NCBI GenBank assembly: GCA_002189035.1
Contig: NEEC01000025.1
Location: forward strand, 186,001-250,000
From: Utricularia gibba
Lineage: Eukaryota > Plantae > Magnoliophyta
Reading direction: 5' to 3'
Length of the DNA stretch: 64,000 bases
In this document: positions 25,480 through 37,423 of the stretch, piece after piece
How the letters are laid out: each line of letters starts with the position of its first letter
How positions within the stretch are numbered: the first letter of the stretch is position 1
Notes under the pieces: generated by a model
What the model was told of the DNA's origin: nothing
Seen by the model: only the letters and a program-made list of their open reading frames with translations
The model's database searches: none
Made by a program: the position numbers and the translations under genes

Positions 25480-25989
25480 CTACCCATGCAGTCCGAGATA
25501 GGCCGACGTCACAACCCCAATCGCGTAACTCCCAATCGCCGCCATCACAACATTTTTCCCGGGCTTAACTAGGGCGCCAATTCCGGCAATACCCACCACA
25601 CCTAGCGGCAACATCCGAACAACATCTCGCCCAGCGCCGGAAACCACCGCGTCCACGAACAGCTCCTTCGCAAATCTCCGAAACTCGACGTCATTCAGCG
25701 TGACTTCCCCGCCTCCGGCGGGATCACGAGCGGTTAGTGTTTTCTTCAGAGCCCTGTCCACTTGATTTCGATCAGGGGAACGGGGCACCCATCGGGAGAT
25801 GACAGGGATGGTGGAGTGCAGGAGACGGTGGAGGTGTTCTGCGGCGGATAGGAGCTGGTACGGCTTGACTCCGGCGAAGGCGTGTTGGCTGACGGACATA
25901 CAGTCAGAGTACACGGTAGCGCAAGCTGAGCTGAACTCCGGTGATGCCTCCAACGACTTCTCCACCCTCTTGGAAGCCGAGAGTCCCAT
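25480..25989 (-). CDS. Conserved plant protein of unknown function with C-terminal hydrophobic helices, intronless
   Basis: ATG at 25989, MGLSASKRVEKSLEASPEFSSACATVYSDCMSVSQHAFAGVKPYQL...; 169 codons with coding-like composition, ending in two hydrophobic segments. Gly2 may be myristoylated. Confidence 0.8.
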   Translation of the reverse strand: MGLSASKRVEKSLEASPEFSSACATVYSDCMSVSQHAFAGVKPYQLLSAAEHLHRLLHSTIPVISRWVPRSPDRNQVDRALKKTLTARDPAGGGEVTLNDVEFRRFAKELFVDAVVSGAGRDVVRMLPLGVVGIAGIGALVKPGKNVVMAAIGSYAIGVVTSAYLGLHG

Positions 25990-26070
25990 GGTATGGATAA
26001 GAAAAAGGTGATACGCATCCACCACAATTTAAAAGAATCTACTTTTAACCCTAATTCACAGTCTTTCAGC

Positions 26071-26952
26071 ATGGGCGGAGCCAATCCTGGGCTCTGCGAA
26101 ATCGGTCGCCGCCTTTTCGCTGGAACTCCGCCAATTTCACTGAAAGTCTCATGCGGGTTAAGAAATCGACCTAAAAAACCCCTAGGAGGAGGCAGGGTAC
26201 TTTCAAGCGAAGCCATTCAAGCAGTTCAATCTCTGAAACTGGCAAAGAATTCTTCGTCTAGATTGCAGAAAGTGTTCACCAGCAAGCTTTCCAGGCTTTT
26301 AAAATCCGATTTGTTGGATACATTCGCCGAATTGAAGCGGCAAGAAGAATTGGATTTGGCCCTGGAGGTAACAAAAAACATCTCTTTACTTCCATTTTAG
26401 ATGCCATTTCCTCTCTGGTACTTCATCCCTTCCACCATCAATTTCAGGTCTTCAGCTTTCTGAGAAAGGAGCCATGGTATGTCCCTGAAGTTTCTCTGTT
26501 CAACGACATAATTTTGATGGTGGGGAAGCACAAAACCATTGAAATGGTTGAAGAAATCTTATCAGAACTGGTGAATGAAGGCCTGAAACCAAATGAAAGG
26601 ACATACGCTGAGCTGATAGGAGCATATTTCAGAGCTGAAATGGTGAGTAAGGCCGTGGAAACATACCAGCAGATGAAGGCTTCAGGTTTAACACCAAGTG
26701 AATTAACGCTAACCATTCTGATAAGGAATCTTGAGAAAGCAGGAGAGGAAGCGCTTCTGGAAACCATCAAGAAAGAATGCGCAGAATACTTTGATTACCC
26801 AGAAAAGTTTCTTGAACAAGTTGCAAGGAAATACGTGAGCATCTCTCTACACATCTTGTTCATCCTCCCTTCTCCAGCATTATTTCTTCTGTCTCAGATT
26901 ATGATTCTTTTCCTTTCCACAGCCAAAGAGGAGATCAGTAGTAGTCATTTGA
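26071..26952 (+). CDS. Short THA8-like PPR protein, probably chloroplast-targeted
   Basis: Exons 26071-26367, 26448-26834, 26923-26952. KVSCGLRNRPKKPL...RVLSSEAIQAVQSLK...SRLLKSDLLDTFAELKRQ is the THA8-family N-terminus; PPR motifs GLKPNERTYAELIGAYFRAEMVSKAVETYQQMKASGLTPS. Confidence 0.87.
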
Positions 26953-27385
26953 GGTAAACTTCTCCAATTGTTTGTCCAACTTCGGTGAAAATCCCCCAGT
27001 GTGCATTTCAAGGGGGAATGATTCACCTACAGTGATATAAAAGCAGTATTTTAGAATGCTATTATGAAGTGTTATATTTTAAAATATTTTAAAAAATAAA
27101 AAGTATTTAACTAAATTTAATTTTTTTTATTCTTAATTATTAATTGAATCGTTCCACCATGGGCTAATTTTACAATTAATTGCGGTTAACATCACATTGG
27201 GCCCAGCACGTTTAAAGAATTATGAAGGTTCTGATAATGGGCTTGTTGTTTGGGATCCGATTAATTGGGCCGTCTTGTGGTGGGGCCCAGGGTTTCTCTC
27301 AACGGCTATATTGCAGATTCCATGGGTTCAAATTTCGAACACCTTGGAGGAGGAGAAGAAAGGCGATTCCGGTGGGTGTGAGAAA

Positions 27386-29391
27386 ATGGAGGAGGTGGAA
27401 TCGGTAGTTTTGGATCCGGAGATGGAGTTCCTGGCCTCGAAGGAAGATATTGGGCATGAGTGGGAGCTCTTCAAGGAAAACGTTCGCCCTCTGAAGCGTG
27501 GCCGCGATGTTCGGCTTCTCAATCTTGCGCTGAAATCCCACTCAGATTGGCAGCTCAGGAACTCAATTCTTCAGAAAAGGAGGTAAAGGCGTTTCTTTTA
27601 CATCAATGGGTTTTTTTCTGAGCTTCTCAGGATCTACCACGCCTGTTATCCATCTTTTGGATTAACTGTTTTCATCTTAAGGGCAGGAAGATGATTGAGG
27701 CCATTGATGAATACAAAGGAGATGACCCACTGCAACCCTGGATTCAGTGAGCATCAGTTTATCAATTGATTCCATATTTCTTGCAGTCTTTTGGTTCTTG
27801 AAAAGTGGTACTAAATGATCATCCCAAAGGATTTGCTTATCTCTGTGCTGAATTCTCGAAAGGTGCATCAAATGGGTTCAAGAGGCCTTTCCTCCCGGTG
27901 GTGACTGTTCAGGGCTTGTATTGATATATGAACAATGCGTACGCACGTTTTGGCATGACGACCGCTACAAGGAAGATCTCCGATTTCTGAATGTTTGGTT
28001 GGAATATGTCAGTAACTCCATTGCCTCTTTCTAGTTTCTTTCCTTTCCATGTTAGGTGCTTGTAAGCTAATCTTGAGAATTAAATGGTGAAACAGGCCGA
28101 GAACTGTGCTGATTCTGAAGTAATATTCAGATTTCTGGAAGCCAACCAAATTGGATTGACGCATGCAGCTTTCTATATCTCATTTGCCTTGCACTTGGAA
28201 ACCAGGAACAAAATCAAAACTGCCGATGACATCTTCAATCGTGGATTGGCCATGTATGGCATTATTCAGCTTTTTTTTTATTTCGTTAATCATTCTTCTT
28301 CAACACTCGCCAACCATCTCATTGTTCTGCTGCAGGGATGCTAAGCCTATGGAAAAGTTGAAAGCAGCCTATAAGAAGTTCCTAACTCGTTCAATGAGAC
28401 ATCTGAATGTTGCCGATGTAGCATTTCTTTATATGGATGTTTCATGATGTTATTCTTTCCTATCCAATAGATATAAAAAGTTTCATTTTTCTTTCTTGAT
28501 GACAGAATAATGAAGAGGAGAATCAGCATCCACCACGCACTTTTGGAACTGTACTGGCCAAACAAGCAAGTAAGTTATTCCTACAAGTTTCAGTCTGTTT
28601 AATTTATAGTGATCACTAAAGATTTGGCCTTTTGGGATACCATAGTGTCAGGAAATCAGAGTTCTGAAAACCATGATCTGATTGGGAAAAAGCAGAAGCT
28701 TGGAAGGTTAGGTTTCTAAGTGTTCAAGGATGGAGATGATTGGTTTGTTTCTTGATTCTTCTTTTTTGTTTAGGGCCTCCGGGAGTAGTACATTTTCCAT
28801 CTTCAAAGAGAATTCAAATAGTAAAATGCAGCCACATCAATCTGAAATTCTGACTGTTGACATGAAACCTTTTCAATCTCTCGGTGCTCGAGCAGAAAGA
28901 AACAAAGAGAACAATCCAGTTCCTTCTAAGTGGACATCAAACAAGGTAAACAAGCGCTTTCCCGGTTTCATTCTTGGAAATGAAGGTTGGGGGTTATCTG
29001 TCTTACCTGTTCCATAGATTCCTCAGAGATCTTGCCAAAGAGCAGAAAGGCCACGTGCAGGTTCATGCATCCAGATATTTGTGGATCAGGAATGCGAAGA
29101 GTAAGCCTTTATTTTGCAAGATTTAGTTTCTTGCTAGCTGCTACTGATGACTTGAAATCCCCTGCAGGCCACATGAGCTGAAAAACAAGGAAGAAAAGCT
29201 CTCAACCTTGGAGCTCAGACCTGGGGATGGCAGAGATATTAAAAAGTAAGTATTGAGCCATGTTTTTTTGTTCCATTATGCACATCTGACAAACACTCAT
29301 AACTAATATCAACAACTCCCCTCCCAGGGAAACTGAGATGCTGAGGGAGAATCCACTGCGGAATTTCCCACATAGTTCTCTCCCAAGATAA
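27386..29391 (+). CDS. BUBR1: Spindle assembly checkpoint protein BUBR1/MAD3 (kinase-less)
   Basis: KEN box WELFKENVRPLKRGR, TPR region DDPLQPWIQ-CIKWVQEAFPPGGDCSGLVLIYEQCVRTFWHDDRYKEDLRF and C-terminus ENPLRNFPHSSLPR-stop. All exons join in frame. Confidence 0.93.
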
Positions 29392-29690
29392 CCTGCATCT
29401 GTACCCTCTTTGTCTGTATCATTACACCCCTACATGGATGGACTTCCTGCCCATCCAAGCATTGGAGCATCAATGTAACAGTGACCTGGGCTACAATCAG
29501 CGGCCGCATTTCTGCATCTTGCGCATCAGACTTTCCCTTTTCTCTGTGTTCATGTCTCACTAAAGAATTTGGAATACTTAACTAGAGAAGACTTGGATCA
29601 TGGATGTTTACTCACAACAAATTGTGAAAAAACAGGCTCCACGATACAGCATGAGAAGGAGCCATAGAGCAAAATATAAACTTGTCAGAA

Positions 29691-29807
29691 ACAACAACTG
29701 ATAATCGATTATGATGCTCATAATGGAAAGTAGCAATTGAGGAAGTACCCATCTCAAATGTTCAGGTTACAAACATCAACATTCTTGTCATCAACCCTGT
29801 GCTTTTT
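29691..29807 (-). repeat. Degenerate duplicate of an exon-intron segment of the lumazine synthase gene (original about 30711-30822)
   Basis: Plus strand ataatcgattatgatgctcataatggaaagtagcaattg...ttcaggttacaaacatcaacattcttgtcatcaac aligns by eye to ataaccgattacgatgttcataaaggaaagtagcaaatg...ttcaggttacatacgtcaacattctcgtcatcaac. Confidence 0.8.
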
Positions 29808-29878
29808 CAAACAACTGCAGAGTTTGCTTGATTGCTGGCATTACATAAGCAACTTAAGTGAACATCTGAATTCTCCCA

Positions 29879-31395
29879 TCAGAATTTGAGATGATGTTCA
29901 CATAACGATGCCATCTCAATCTGTCAAAACAAAATTAAGCTAATTTGAATCACACATAACAAGGATAACCGGGGCGTTGCACAGAATCAGACTTACAGCA
30001 GTCAATGCTGCTTCAGCACCTTTGTTTCCTGATTTACCACCAGCTCGATTTATAGCCTGAGTATTTACAACGAAAATAACAGATAATTGAACGAACATAA
30101 AAGAACAAAAAATGGTGAATGAATCCGCTCTCGCTCACAATCTTGAAAGGATGTAATCAGGCTCAGGGACAAAAATTACTATTCTCACCTGCTCCATGGT
30201 GTCACATGTCAAAACACCAAAAATGCAAGGGACACCTATAGACATTGTCAAAATCAATCCTTCCGCATTCTTGTAGATTGGATAGAAGTAATCATTGAAA
30301 TAAAAACATTAAAAAAGAGAAAAACAGCTGCTTCTAGATACGGTCTTTTCAAGGGAAGGAGATCACTAGCATAAGTACTAACTGAATATCTATGCAACGG
30401 CAGATGATTTGGTACCTGAATTTAGTCCAGCAGAAAGCACACATGAAGCAGCCGAGCCAGCCACAGCATCATAGTGAGAGGTCTCACCTCTTATCTAGAA
30501 GTAAACACGGTGTCACATTTAGCAAAGAAAGCCAAAATGAAGGCACCATCGAAAGTTTTGAATGATCTCAAAATGCAACAGCGGCCTTTTACCACAGCTC
30601 CAATGCACAGCACAGCCTGGTATTTTCCTGATTTCCCAAGCTTCTCAGTAACTAGAGGAATTTCAAAGCTGCCAGGAACCCAAAAAACCTAGTCCAGATA
30701 TGCAATAAAACCACAAAACCATAACCGATTACGATGTTCATAAAGGAAAGTAGCAAATGAAGAAACATTTCAAATATTCAGGTTACATACGTCAACATTC
30801 TCGTCATCAACACCATGCTTTCTGAAAGTATCCAAAGCTCCTTGAAGAAGCTGATTTGTGATGAACTCATTAAAACGTGCCACCACCTTCACACAAAAAC
30901 ACGAAATAGATTTAATTGGCCAGAAAGTTCATCAATGCAGATATGCAAAACTGAAAATTTCACAACAGAATACAGCAGACAGCATAAGAAACAATAAATA
31001 TAGAAAATAAACGCCAATCGTTACAGACAATTGCGAACTTCAGGCCATGGACCGCAATAACAGAACCAGCAAAGTTTTTAATAGCGGGTGCCGGTGAAAA
31101 ACGGCCTTTTTCAAGCTTCGGAGTGCAAACTCCAAAACCTACAACAATTTCAAATACACCAATTCAGCACAAAAAAAGGTTCGAATCCAAGTGATCTCCA
31201 TGCAACATGAATGAAAACTACGGAATAAAAAAAATCAAGTAGAAGCAAAACTCAACCCTTGTGACATGGATAATAATCAGCATTCTTTCCGCAAAATCGA
31301 AGAACCGATGAAGGCGCAAGTCCAGACGAACGACATGTGCAGCGAAGAGAGAACGCAGGACAGGGAACCAACAAATGTCCTGACAAAGATGCCAT
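29879..31395 (-). CDS. COS1: Chloroplast 6,7-dimethyl-8-ribityllumazine synthase (RibH)
   Basis: Transit peptide [15 protein letters not shown], then [14 protein letters not shown]...[11 protein letters not shown]...[69 protein letters not shown]-stop. First exon inferred. Confidence 0.92.
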
Positions 31396-31758
31396 TTTCC
31401 GGGAGCTAACTTTTTCTTTTCCATTTGAGGAGGAATTTCTATTATGATGTACGATCGCCCCGCTTCATTCGCCGCGGCCGTGATAATTGTCTCCGACGAC
31501 ATCTCCGGCGGATATATCATGGGCTGTGACGGGCTCGACCGTGGCGGGACCGGCCGTTTAGCTTGGGTTACGAGACTACTACGAAATTGGAGGCCCAGGC
31601 CCAATAAGTTTTCACATTATATAAATAAAAATTACATATAAATATATATAATTTTTTTTATTTCTAAAAACAAATATATAAATAACTAAAATAAAATAAA
31701 AACTGGAAAAAAGGCTGGGCCGGAGGCAGCGAGAGAGAGCCCTTTCCCTTCGTTGCAT

Positions 31759-33033
31759 TCAATACTTCGCCGATGGAATCGCATCCCAGTTACCGAAGCC
31801 TCCTCCGCCGCCTCCCATCTCCGGTGCCGTTTCCGACACACTCCACACCTTCACCGACTTATCCAAACTACCACTGTAAACCAACCACTTCTTCTCTCCG
31901 TCTTCCGCCGCCGTGTCGCCGTCCTGATCCACTGTGACACATTTCACCGGCCCCGAGTGCCCTGTCAACACAGAGAGGCACGTGTGCACATTCCCCTCCC
32001 TTCGCCACACGCATATCGTCTTATCAGCGGAGCCGCTGAAAAGCAAGTACCCCGCGGCGGCGAGAGACAGAACGGCAAGCTTATGCCCCTTCAAAACGCC
32101 GCCGTGGCCCATCTGCTTCTCCTTCTCCCAAAAATTCACCACCCCATCGGAGGAACCAGAATACACCACTGACCCAGAATCGTTAACTGCTAAGGAAGTA
32201 ACTGCCGATTCCTGAGAAAGAAGAGTCTGAACCAGAGAGTGTTTCACAGCTTTTCCCTTTTGCTCCCTCTGCCACACCTTGACCGTACCGTCAGCGGAGC
32301 CGGAGTAAACGAATCCACCGCCGCTGGTGACCACCGCATTCACCGCATCGTCGTGGGATTTCACTGACTCTATGCATTTGAAATTCTCCGCTCTCCAAAC
32401 CTTGAAAGTTCGATCCCAAGAGGCAGAGTACAGAAGCCCTGTTTCGGAGCACATGCTCAGGCAAGAGATAGCGTCCGTGTGCTTGATCCAGACGGCGGTG
32501 CGTTTACGCTTCACTTCTACGTAGTTGCTCGGCTTGATCGAAGCTTTGAAAATGTCGAAAAACATCGGCATCGTCCCCACTCGCTTATGAACACTGGGAT
32601 CCTTCTGATTAATCTTCCAGACGCGAATCTTCCCATCCTGATGACCCGTAAAAATCTTGTCCCCGGAGATGATGATCGCCTTCACTAATCCGCTGTTAGA
32701 TTTGAAAACCGAGTACTCATTCATGTTCTTCCAGACACGAATATTCTTGCTGTCCGAGCCTGTATACAGAATATCCTTTCTCGCAGCCAGAGAGTAAATA
32801 TGCCCTTCTTCTCTAACGAGGGACCCAATTAGGCTATGCTGCGGCTGCGATCCGCCGCCGGAGGCGTTACCCGGGTCTGAAAATTCTGCAGAAAATGGTG
32901 CCGGTTGGTTCCATGGGGATCTCATCATTGGAGACCCCTCGCCACTGAGACGGGTGACATCGTAGGCAGAGAAGGTGCTCTGCCGATCTGCACCGTCGGC
33001 GGAGGAGGAGGCATTAGAGGCAGAGTGATCCAT
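31759..33033 (-). CDS. WD40-repeat protein of the JINGUBANG/REN4 type, intronless
   Basis: [83 protein letters not shown] and [12 protein letters not shown]. Confidence 0.92.
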   Translation of the reverse strand: MDHSASNASSSADGADRQSTFSAYDVTRLSGEGSPMMRSPWNQPAPFSAEFSDPGNASGGGSQPQHSLIGSLVREEGHIYSLAARKDILYTGSDSKNIRVWKNMNEYSVFKSNSGLVKAIIISGDKIFTGHQDGKIRVWKINQKDPSVHKRVGTMPMFFDIFKASIKPSNYVEVKRKRTAVWIKHTDAISCLSMCSETGLLYSASWDRTFKVWRAENFKCIESVKSHDDAVNAVVTSGGGFVYSGSADGTVKVWQREQKGKAVKHSLVQTLLSQESAVTSLAVNDSGSVVYSGSSDGVVNFWEKEKQMGHGGVLKGHKLAVLSLAAAGYLLFSGSADKTICVWRREGNVHTCLSVLTGHSGPVKCVTVDQDGDTAAEDGEKKWLVYSGSLDKSVKVWSVSETAPEMGGGGGGFGNWDAIPSAKY

Positions 33034-33992
33034 CTGTTCCGCAATGGCGTAGCGTTGATCTTCTTCTTCAACGGGTCATGTTGCCGTAAAAGATGAACGA
33101 GAATCCATCGGTCAAAAGAAGATAAAACCAACGGAGAGGGAAGAGAGTGAAGGAGAGTTTTTGTAGGAAGGATGAATGGCGCCAGACAGAGCACTCTGTT
33201 TTTCTCTGTTCATGCCAACCCCATTTTTGCACGCCACAAGCTCACAAAACCTACCATAAAAAGACTCTGAAATTCACTCAAATTAAGACCCCCCCTCCCT
33301 GCTTCATCAGCATGTAGAGTAGCCCTTCCATGTGACCATTTCTCGAGTGCAAAACAATTCACGAAGAGGGGAAGATGATCACATGCAGGTGAGCAGCTAT
33401 GCAGGGAAAGAATGTCTCGAGGGTGCGCATTTTTATCCCATCCTGCCTCTCCTTTGTGAGCCGCAGCGTCATGTGGGGCTGATGACTGAAGCACCAGTCG
33501 TGTGCTGGTGTTGCCTCTCTTGCGAGCTGCAACTGGCGCTGCAATGTCCAGACAGTGCATTACACAGAGCACTGTGGAGGGTTGTCTCTTTGTAATGTTG
33601 TGGAGGAGCATGAGGAAAGCTACAGCCTTCACATTTTTGCTCCAAACATCTAATCAATTGGCCCCGTGTCGAACTCTCTTGTACCGAAACTCTTCAATAG
33701 GTATGAAACCAGATAGTAACGGAGATCAAATGATGCAGCAAGCCAGCAGGTATAAACCAAAAGAAAATGAATGAGTAAACATGAGAGATATGTTAGAGGC
33801 GTTTCGTCTTTATTAATAGGATATTGTATCATTTGTACATTCAATTCTCATAATTTTATGTTCTTTTCTTTTTTATTTACATACATTCATTCTATTGTTC
33901 ATAACTAATGTAGGATAACGACATTATACTTTAACGATCATAGAAAACATGCATAAAATACCATCTTCTATGTGGTCATAGTTTTGGAGAAA

Positions 33993-34121
33993 ATAGGGTA
34001 AATACCCTAACTTTAAAATTTGGTTTGTGTTTTAACCTATTGTATCTTTCATTCAATACTCTTTTATTAATTTTTTTAAAAAATACTAAATATATATAAT
34101 TTTCTTTACATTTTACCCTAT
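33993..34121. mobile_element. Possible MITE remnant (about 130 bp, AT-rich, 10-bp terminal inverted repeats)
   Basis: ATAGGGTAAA at 33993-34002 and TTTACCCTAT at 34112-34121. A related tract ending cacatttaccctat lies at about 39980-40081. No TSD confirmed. Confidence 0.3.
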
Positions 34122-34530
34122 TGTTGAACAAAAATATTAATAGAAATGTAAAGTAAATAAATTTTTAATATCGTATTTTGTTTTTAATTATGTATTTTCT
34201 TTTACTTGAAATTTTCAAAATTATAATTTATTTATATAGAATGTGTGGTAAAACCTCGCCGGAGCCGGCGGTTTCCTGCGCGTCTTCCGCAGCCGGATTG
34301 GAATCCGGCGCCATAGCCTGCTGCCGACGCCGCCGTTCCGCCGAAAGATCGGAATTTAATATTATACTTAATAGATTTAATATTTTTTTATTATAATAAC
34401 TTTTATAAAATATTTATTTAAAATTTAGTCTCAAAATATCTCAAATAAAAATCAGAAACAAGAAAAGTGGTACAAGAAAGCTGGAAGAAACTTCCACGTT
34501 ACGCCTTTCTTCTCCTCTCTCCGCTGGAAG

Positions 34531-36097
34531 ATGAGCTCTCTTCTCAGCAGCAATTTGACGGCGGCGTTAGCCACCTTGAACCACCACCGGCCTTCAACTA
34601 CTACGGATTTGTTCTCATGGAGGAGGATCGGGAGTTGCAGATTTTCATCTCTCAGAGCTTCGGGCACTTCCCAATATTACTCGGATATCAATTTGTACGA
34701 TCTTCTCGGAATCGATTCGTCTTCCGAAAAGGCTCGGATCAAGGAAGCTTATCGCGCACTGCAAAAGCGCTGCCATCCGGATATCGCCGGGCCCGCCGGC
34801 CACGAAATGGCGATCGTGCTTAATGAGGTGTACGCCCTTCTTTCCGACGAGAATTCCCGAATGGCGTATGATAAGGTATTCTACGGAAGTCCCCAAACGC
34901 AATCGTTTCTACAACCGCTCTATTTCAATTTCAATTGATTCCTCGATTCCAGGAGCTTGCGAAATTCGCTGGCGTTCAAGGGTATACTGGTAGACCCATA
35001 TACTCCGTATGGCATGGATCGGAGAACGAAGAGCGAGCAGTGTTCGTGGACGAAGCGAAGTGCGTGGGATGCTTGAAATGCGCCTTGTTTGCTAAGAAAA
35101 CTTTCGCGATTGAGTCACTTTACGGCAGAGCAAGGGTTGTTGCTCAGTGGGCTGATCCAGAGCCCTTGATTCAAGAAGCAATTAGCTCATGCCCTGTCGA
35201 TTGTATCTCGTAAGAACTCTCCCCCTTTTTTCTCATCGCTACCGTCTTGAATCTGCTGCTCATTTCGATGCATATTGTAGTGTAGTTAATAGATCGGATT
35301 TAGCTGCGCTTGAATTCATAATGTCGAAGCTGCCTCGTGGGAGAGTCAGAGTAGGAACAGGAAACTCAGCGGGGACACGAACTGCTGATGTTTTCGATGA
35401 ATTCCAGAAATTTCAAGCAAGATACTCTAAACATGAAGCTGCTGTAAGCATCTCCAAGCTCATTACTCATATCCCTACTTCAATCCCCTATAAACGAATC
35501 TGAATGATGAATCTGTCCTCGTTGCAGGAATCAGAAACTTGGGAAGAATCCAGAGCCGCAGCCATCCATGCCATCTTCTCCTTATCAAATTGGCTCTACT
35601 GGCAATCTCCTCCCACCACAACAGCTTCCCTAAAGAAGTCCCAAAGCAAAGGGCCTTCTATCAGGAACCTCCTAGCAGCAGCAGAGGCTAGAAAACTGCA
35701 GTCTCCCTCTCAAACCAGCGCCTTCTCACAACCATCAAGCGAATACTGGCTGCCTCCCTCACCTCAAGAGTTAAGCTCAGAAATCCAAGATGCTGCACCT
35801 CACAAGCCCAAGAAACCCAATCCACCACCAAAAGGGTCGCCCAAGAACCACAAGCTAGCATCGCCCCCGAACCCATTGAAGCTGATTGCACCCACAGTGG
35901 CAGGAATTGCGGCTGCAGTTGCAGTGCAATTGCATCCCGGAGAGCCAACAGGGCATGTGAAGGAGCATGTTGCCGGCCCTTTGGCTCTTTCCATTGTCAA
36001 TAGTCCCTGGGCACAGACAGCTTTGGCGGGCGTTACATGGTTCCTCATTGCCATGTATTTGGTTGAACTAGTGGAAGCTTTTAGGAGGAAGCCATGA
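34531..36097 (+). CDS. DJC76: Chloroplast DnaJ protein with ferredoxin-like 4Fe-4S domain and C-terminal TM segments (DJC76 type)
   Basis: J domain NLYDLLGIDSSSEKARIKEAYRALQKRCHPDIAG, Fe-S motifs FVDEAKCVGCLKCA and AISSCPVDCI, C-terminal NSPWAQTALAGVTWFLIAM. Confidence 0.87.
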
Positions 36098-37423
36098 AAG
36101 AAAACAAGGGAAGTGTCGCAGTCCAGAGGCTTTTTAGATCGTGATGATATATTGTATAGTATTAATTGTAAAAAATAAACATTTATGTATGCATACGCAA
36201 TAATTATGTCATATTTAATATTATATAAATAAATTACCCCCAATTTGACGAATTTATCAAAAAAAAGTATAATCTACATTTTAAATTATATGAATTAAAA
36301 AATAGATTTTTTTATTTTTATTTTCAGTAAATCTGGTTAAAAGTTTGATTTAAATTAAGGAAAAAGAAAACCCAGCAGTTGTCCGAATGCTCTTATTCAA
36401 CGGATTCCGCAAGTCAATCGTTAAAAAAGATACGAGCTTTTTTAAGGGATACGATAATCACGGGCGTTGATTTCTTCATAAACTTCTTCCATCACGAAAT
36501 CGTGGAGAACTGTCGAATTCGGGAAACCGCTACGTGACAATTATATCTCGACGTGTGGAGCTCTGACCCAACTACAAGGGGCAAAGAACTGAAAGAAAAC
36601 CCGACTGCGTTTGATTAGTCAGCGTTGTTGGGTTTTCTTCCTTGCCGAGTTTTCTTCCCCCTTTTGCTTGTTGACTTTGAAATTGTGTTGGTTGGATGAT
36701 TAAATGTGAGTGGTTTCCCACGAGAAAGATCCGTTTTTTGGTTTTGTTTACTGGGTTTTTAATTTCCTTGTTTATCAACATCTTGGTGGGAGTAGAGCAT
36801 TCATCCTGTTGTCGCCTGTTTCATGGAAATATATGCAGGTGTGATGTGGGTTGAGCCTGAGTTCAGTGTCTGTTCCTGTAAAAGGCAATGATTTTGTTGT
36901 AAAGGTCCCTGCTTTTTGATTGAAAAGTGCTATCATCATCTTTTGCCTTTTCGTGATTGGCTTGCTTCGCTTTGGCGTATTGGGTTTCTGCAGATTCTTG
37001 GTCGAATATCGAGGTAAGCGTCTAATCTGGTAATTTTAACTATTTTGAATCCACGAGCAGATGCTGCTGGGATTTGAACTTCTACTTTTTATCTGAATTC
37101 CGATAACATTCATATTTTTGGTCTGCTCGGCCTCTTAGTATGGGGTATTTTTGGTGGATTTTTGGGCAATTGATGATTGGTAGTTAAAGGAATAAAGCTT
37201 GGAATCCTAGTTGCCATTCTGCATATTTATCTGCTTACAATAATACCAGTTGTGCATTCAATTTCTTATCCGTTTTCTTCATTGGCAGTGGCATATTACT
37301 CGCGCTTTTCCTCTTGACTTCCTGGAATCTTGCGTTCATTGTTATGCTCCCAAAGTTCAAATGAAAAAACTTGTTGCAGGTCAGCTAGGCAAGTGCTGCT
37401 ATGCTCCGACTGATGCTCGTCTG

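Noticed and set aside
27297-27307. AACGG core upstream of BUBR1 as a possible MSA (G2/M) element
   Set aside because: Single copy and does not match the full YCYAACGGYY consensus.
31178-31188. GGTTCGAATCC, a perfect tRNA B-box/T-loop motif
   Set aside because: It lies antisense in intron 1 of lumazine synthase, in AT-rich context with no A-box or cloverleaf stems; not a tRNA.
34245-34352. 110-bp GC-rich island in very AT-rich DNA upstream of DJC76
   Set aside because: Flanking inverted repeats are too weak and low-complexity to call an element, and the short ORF has no recognisable motif.
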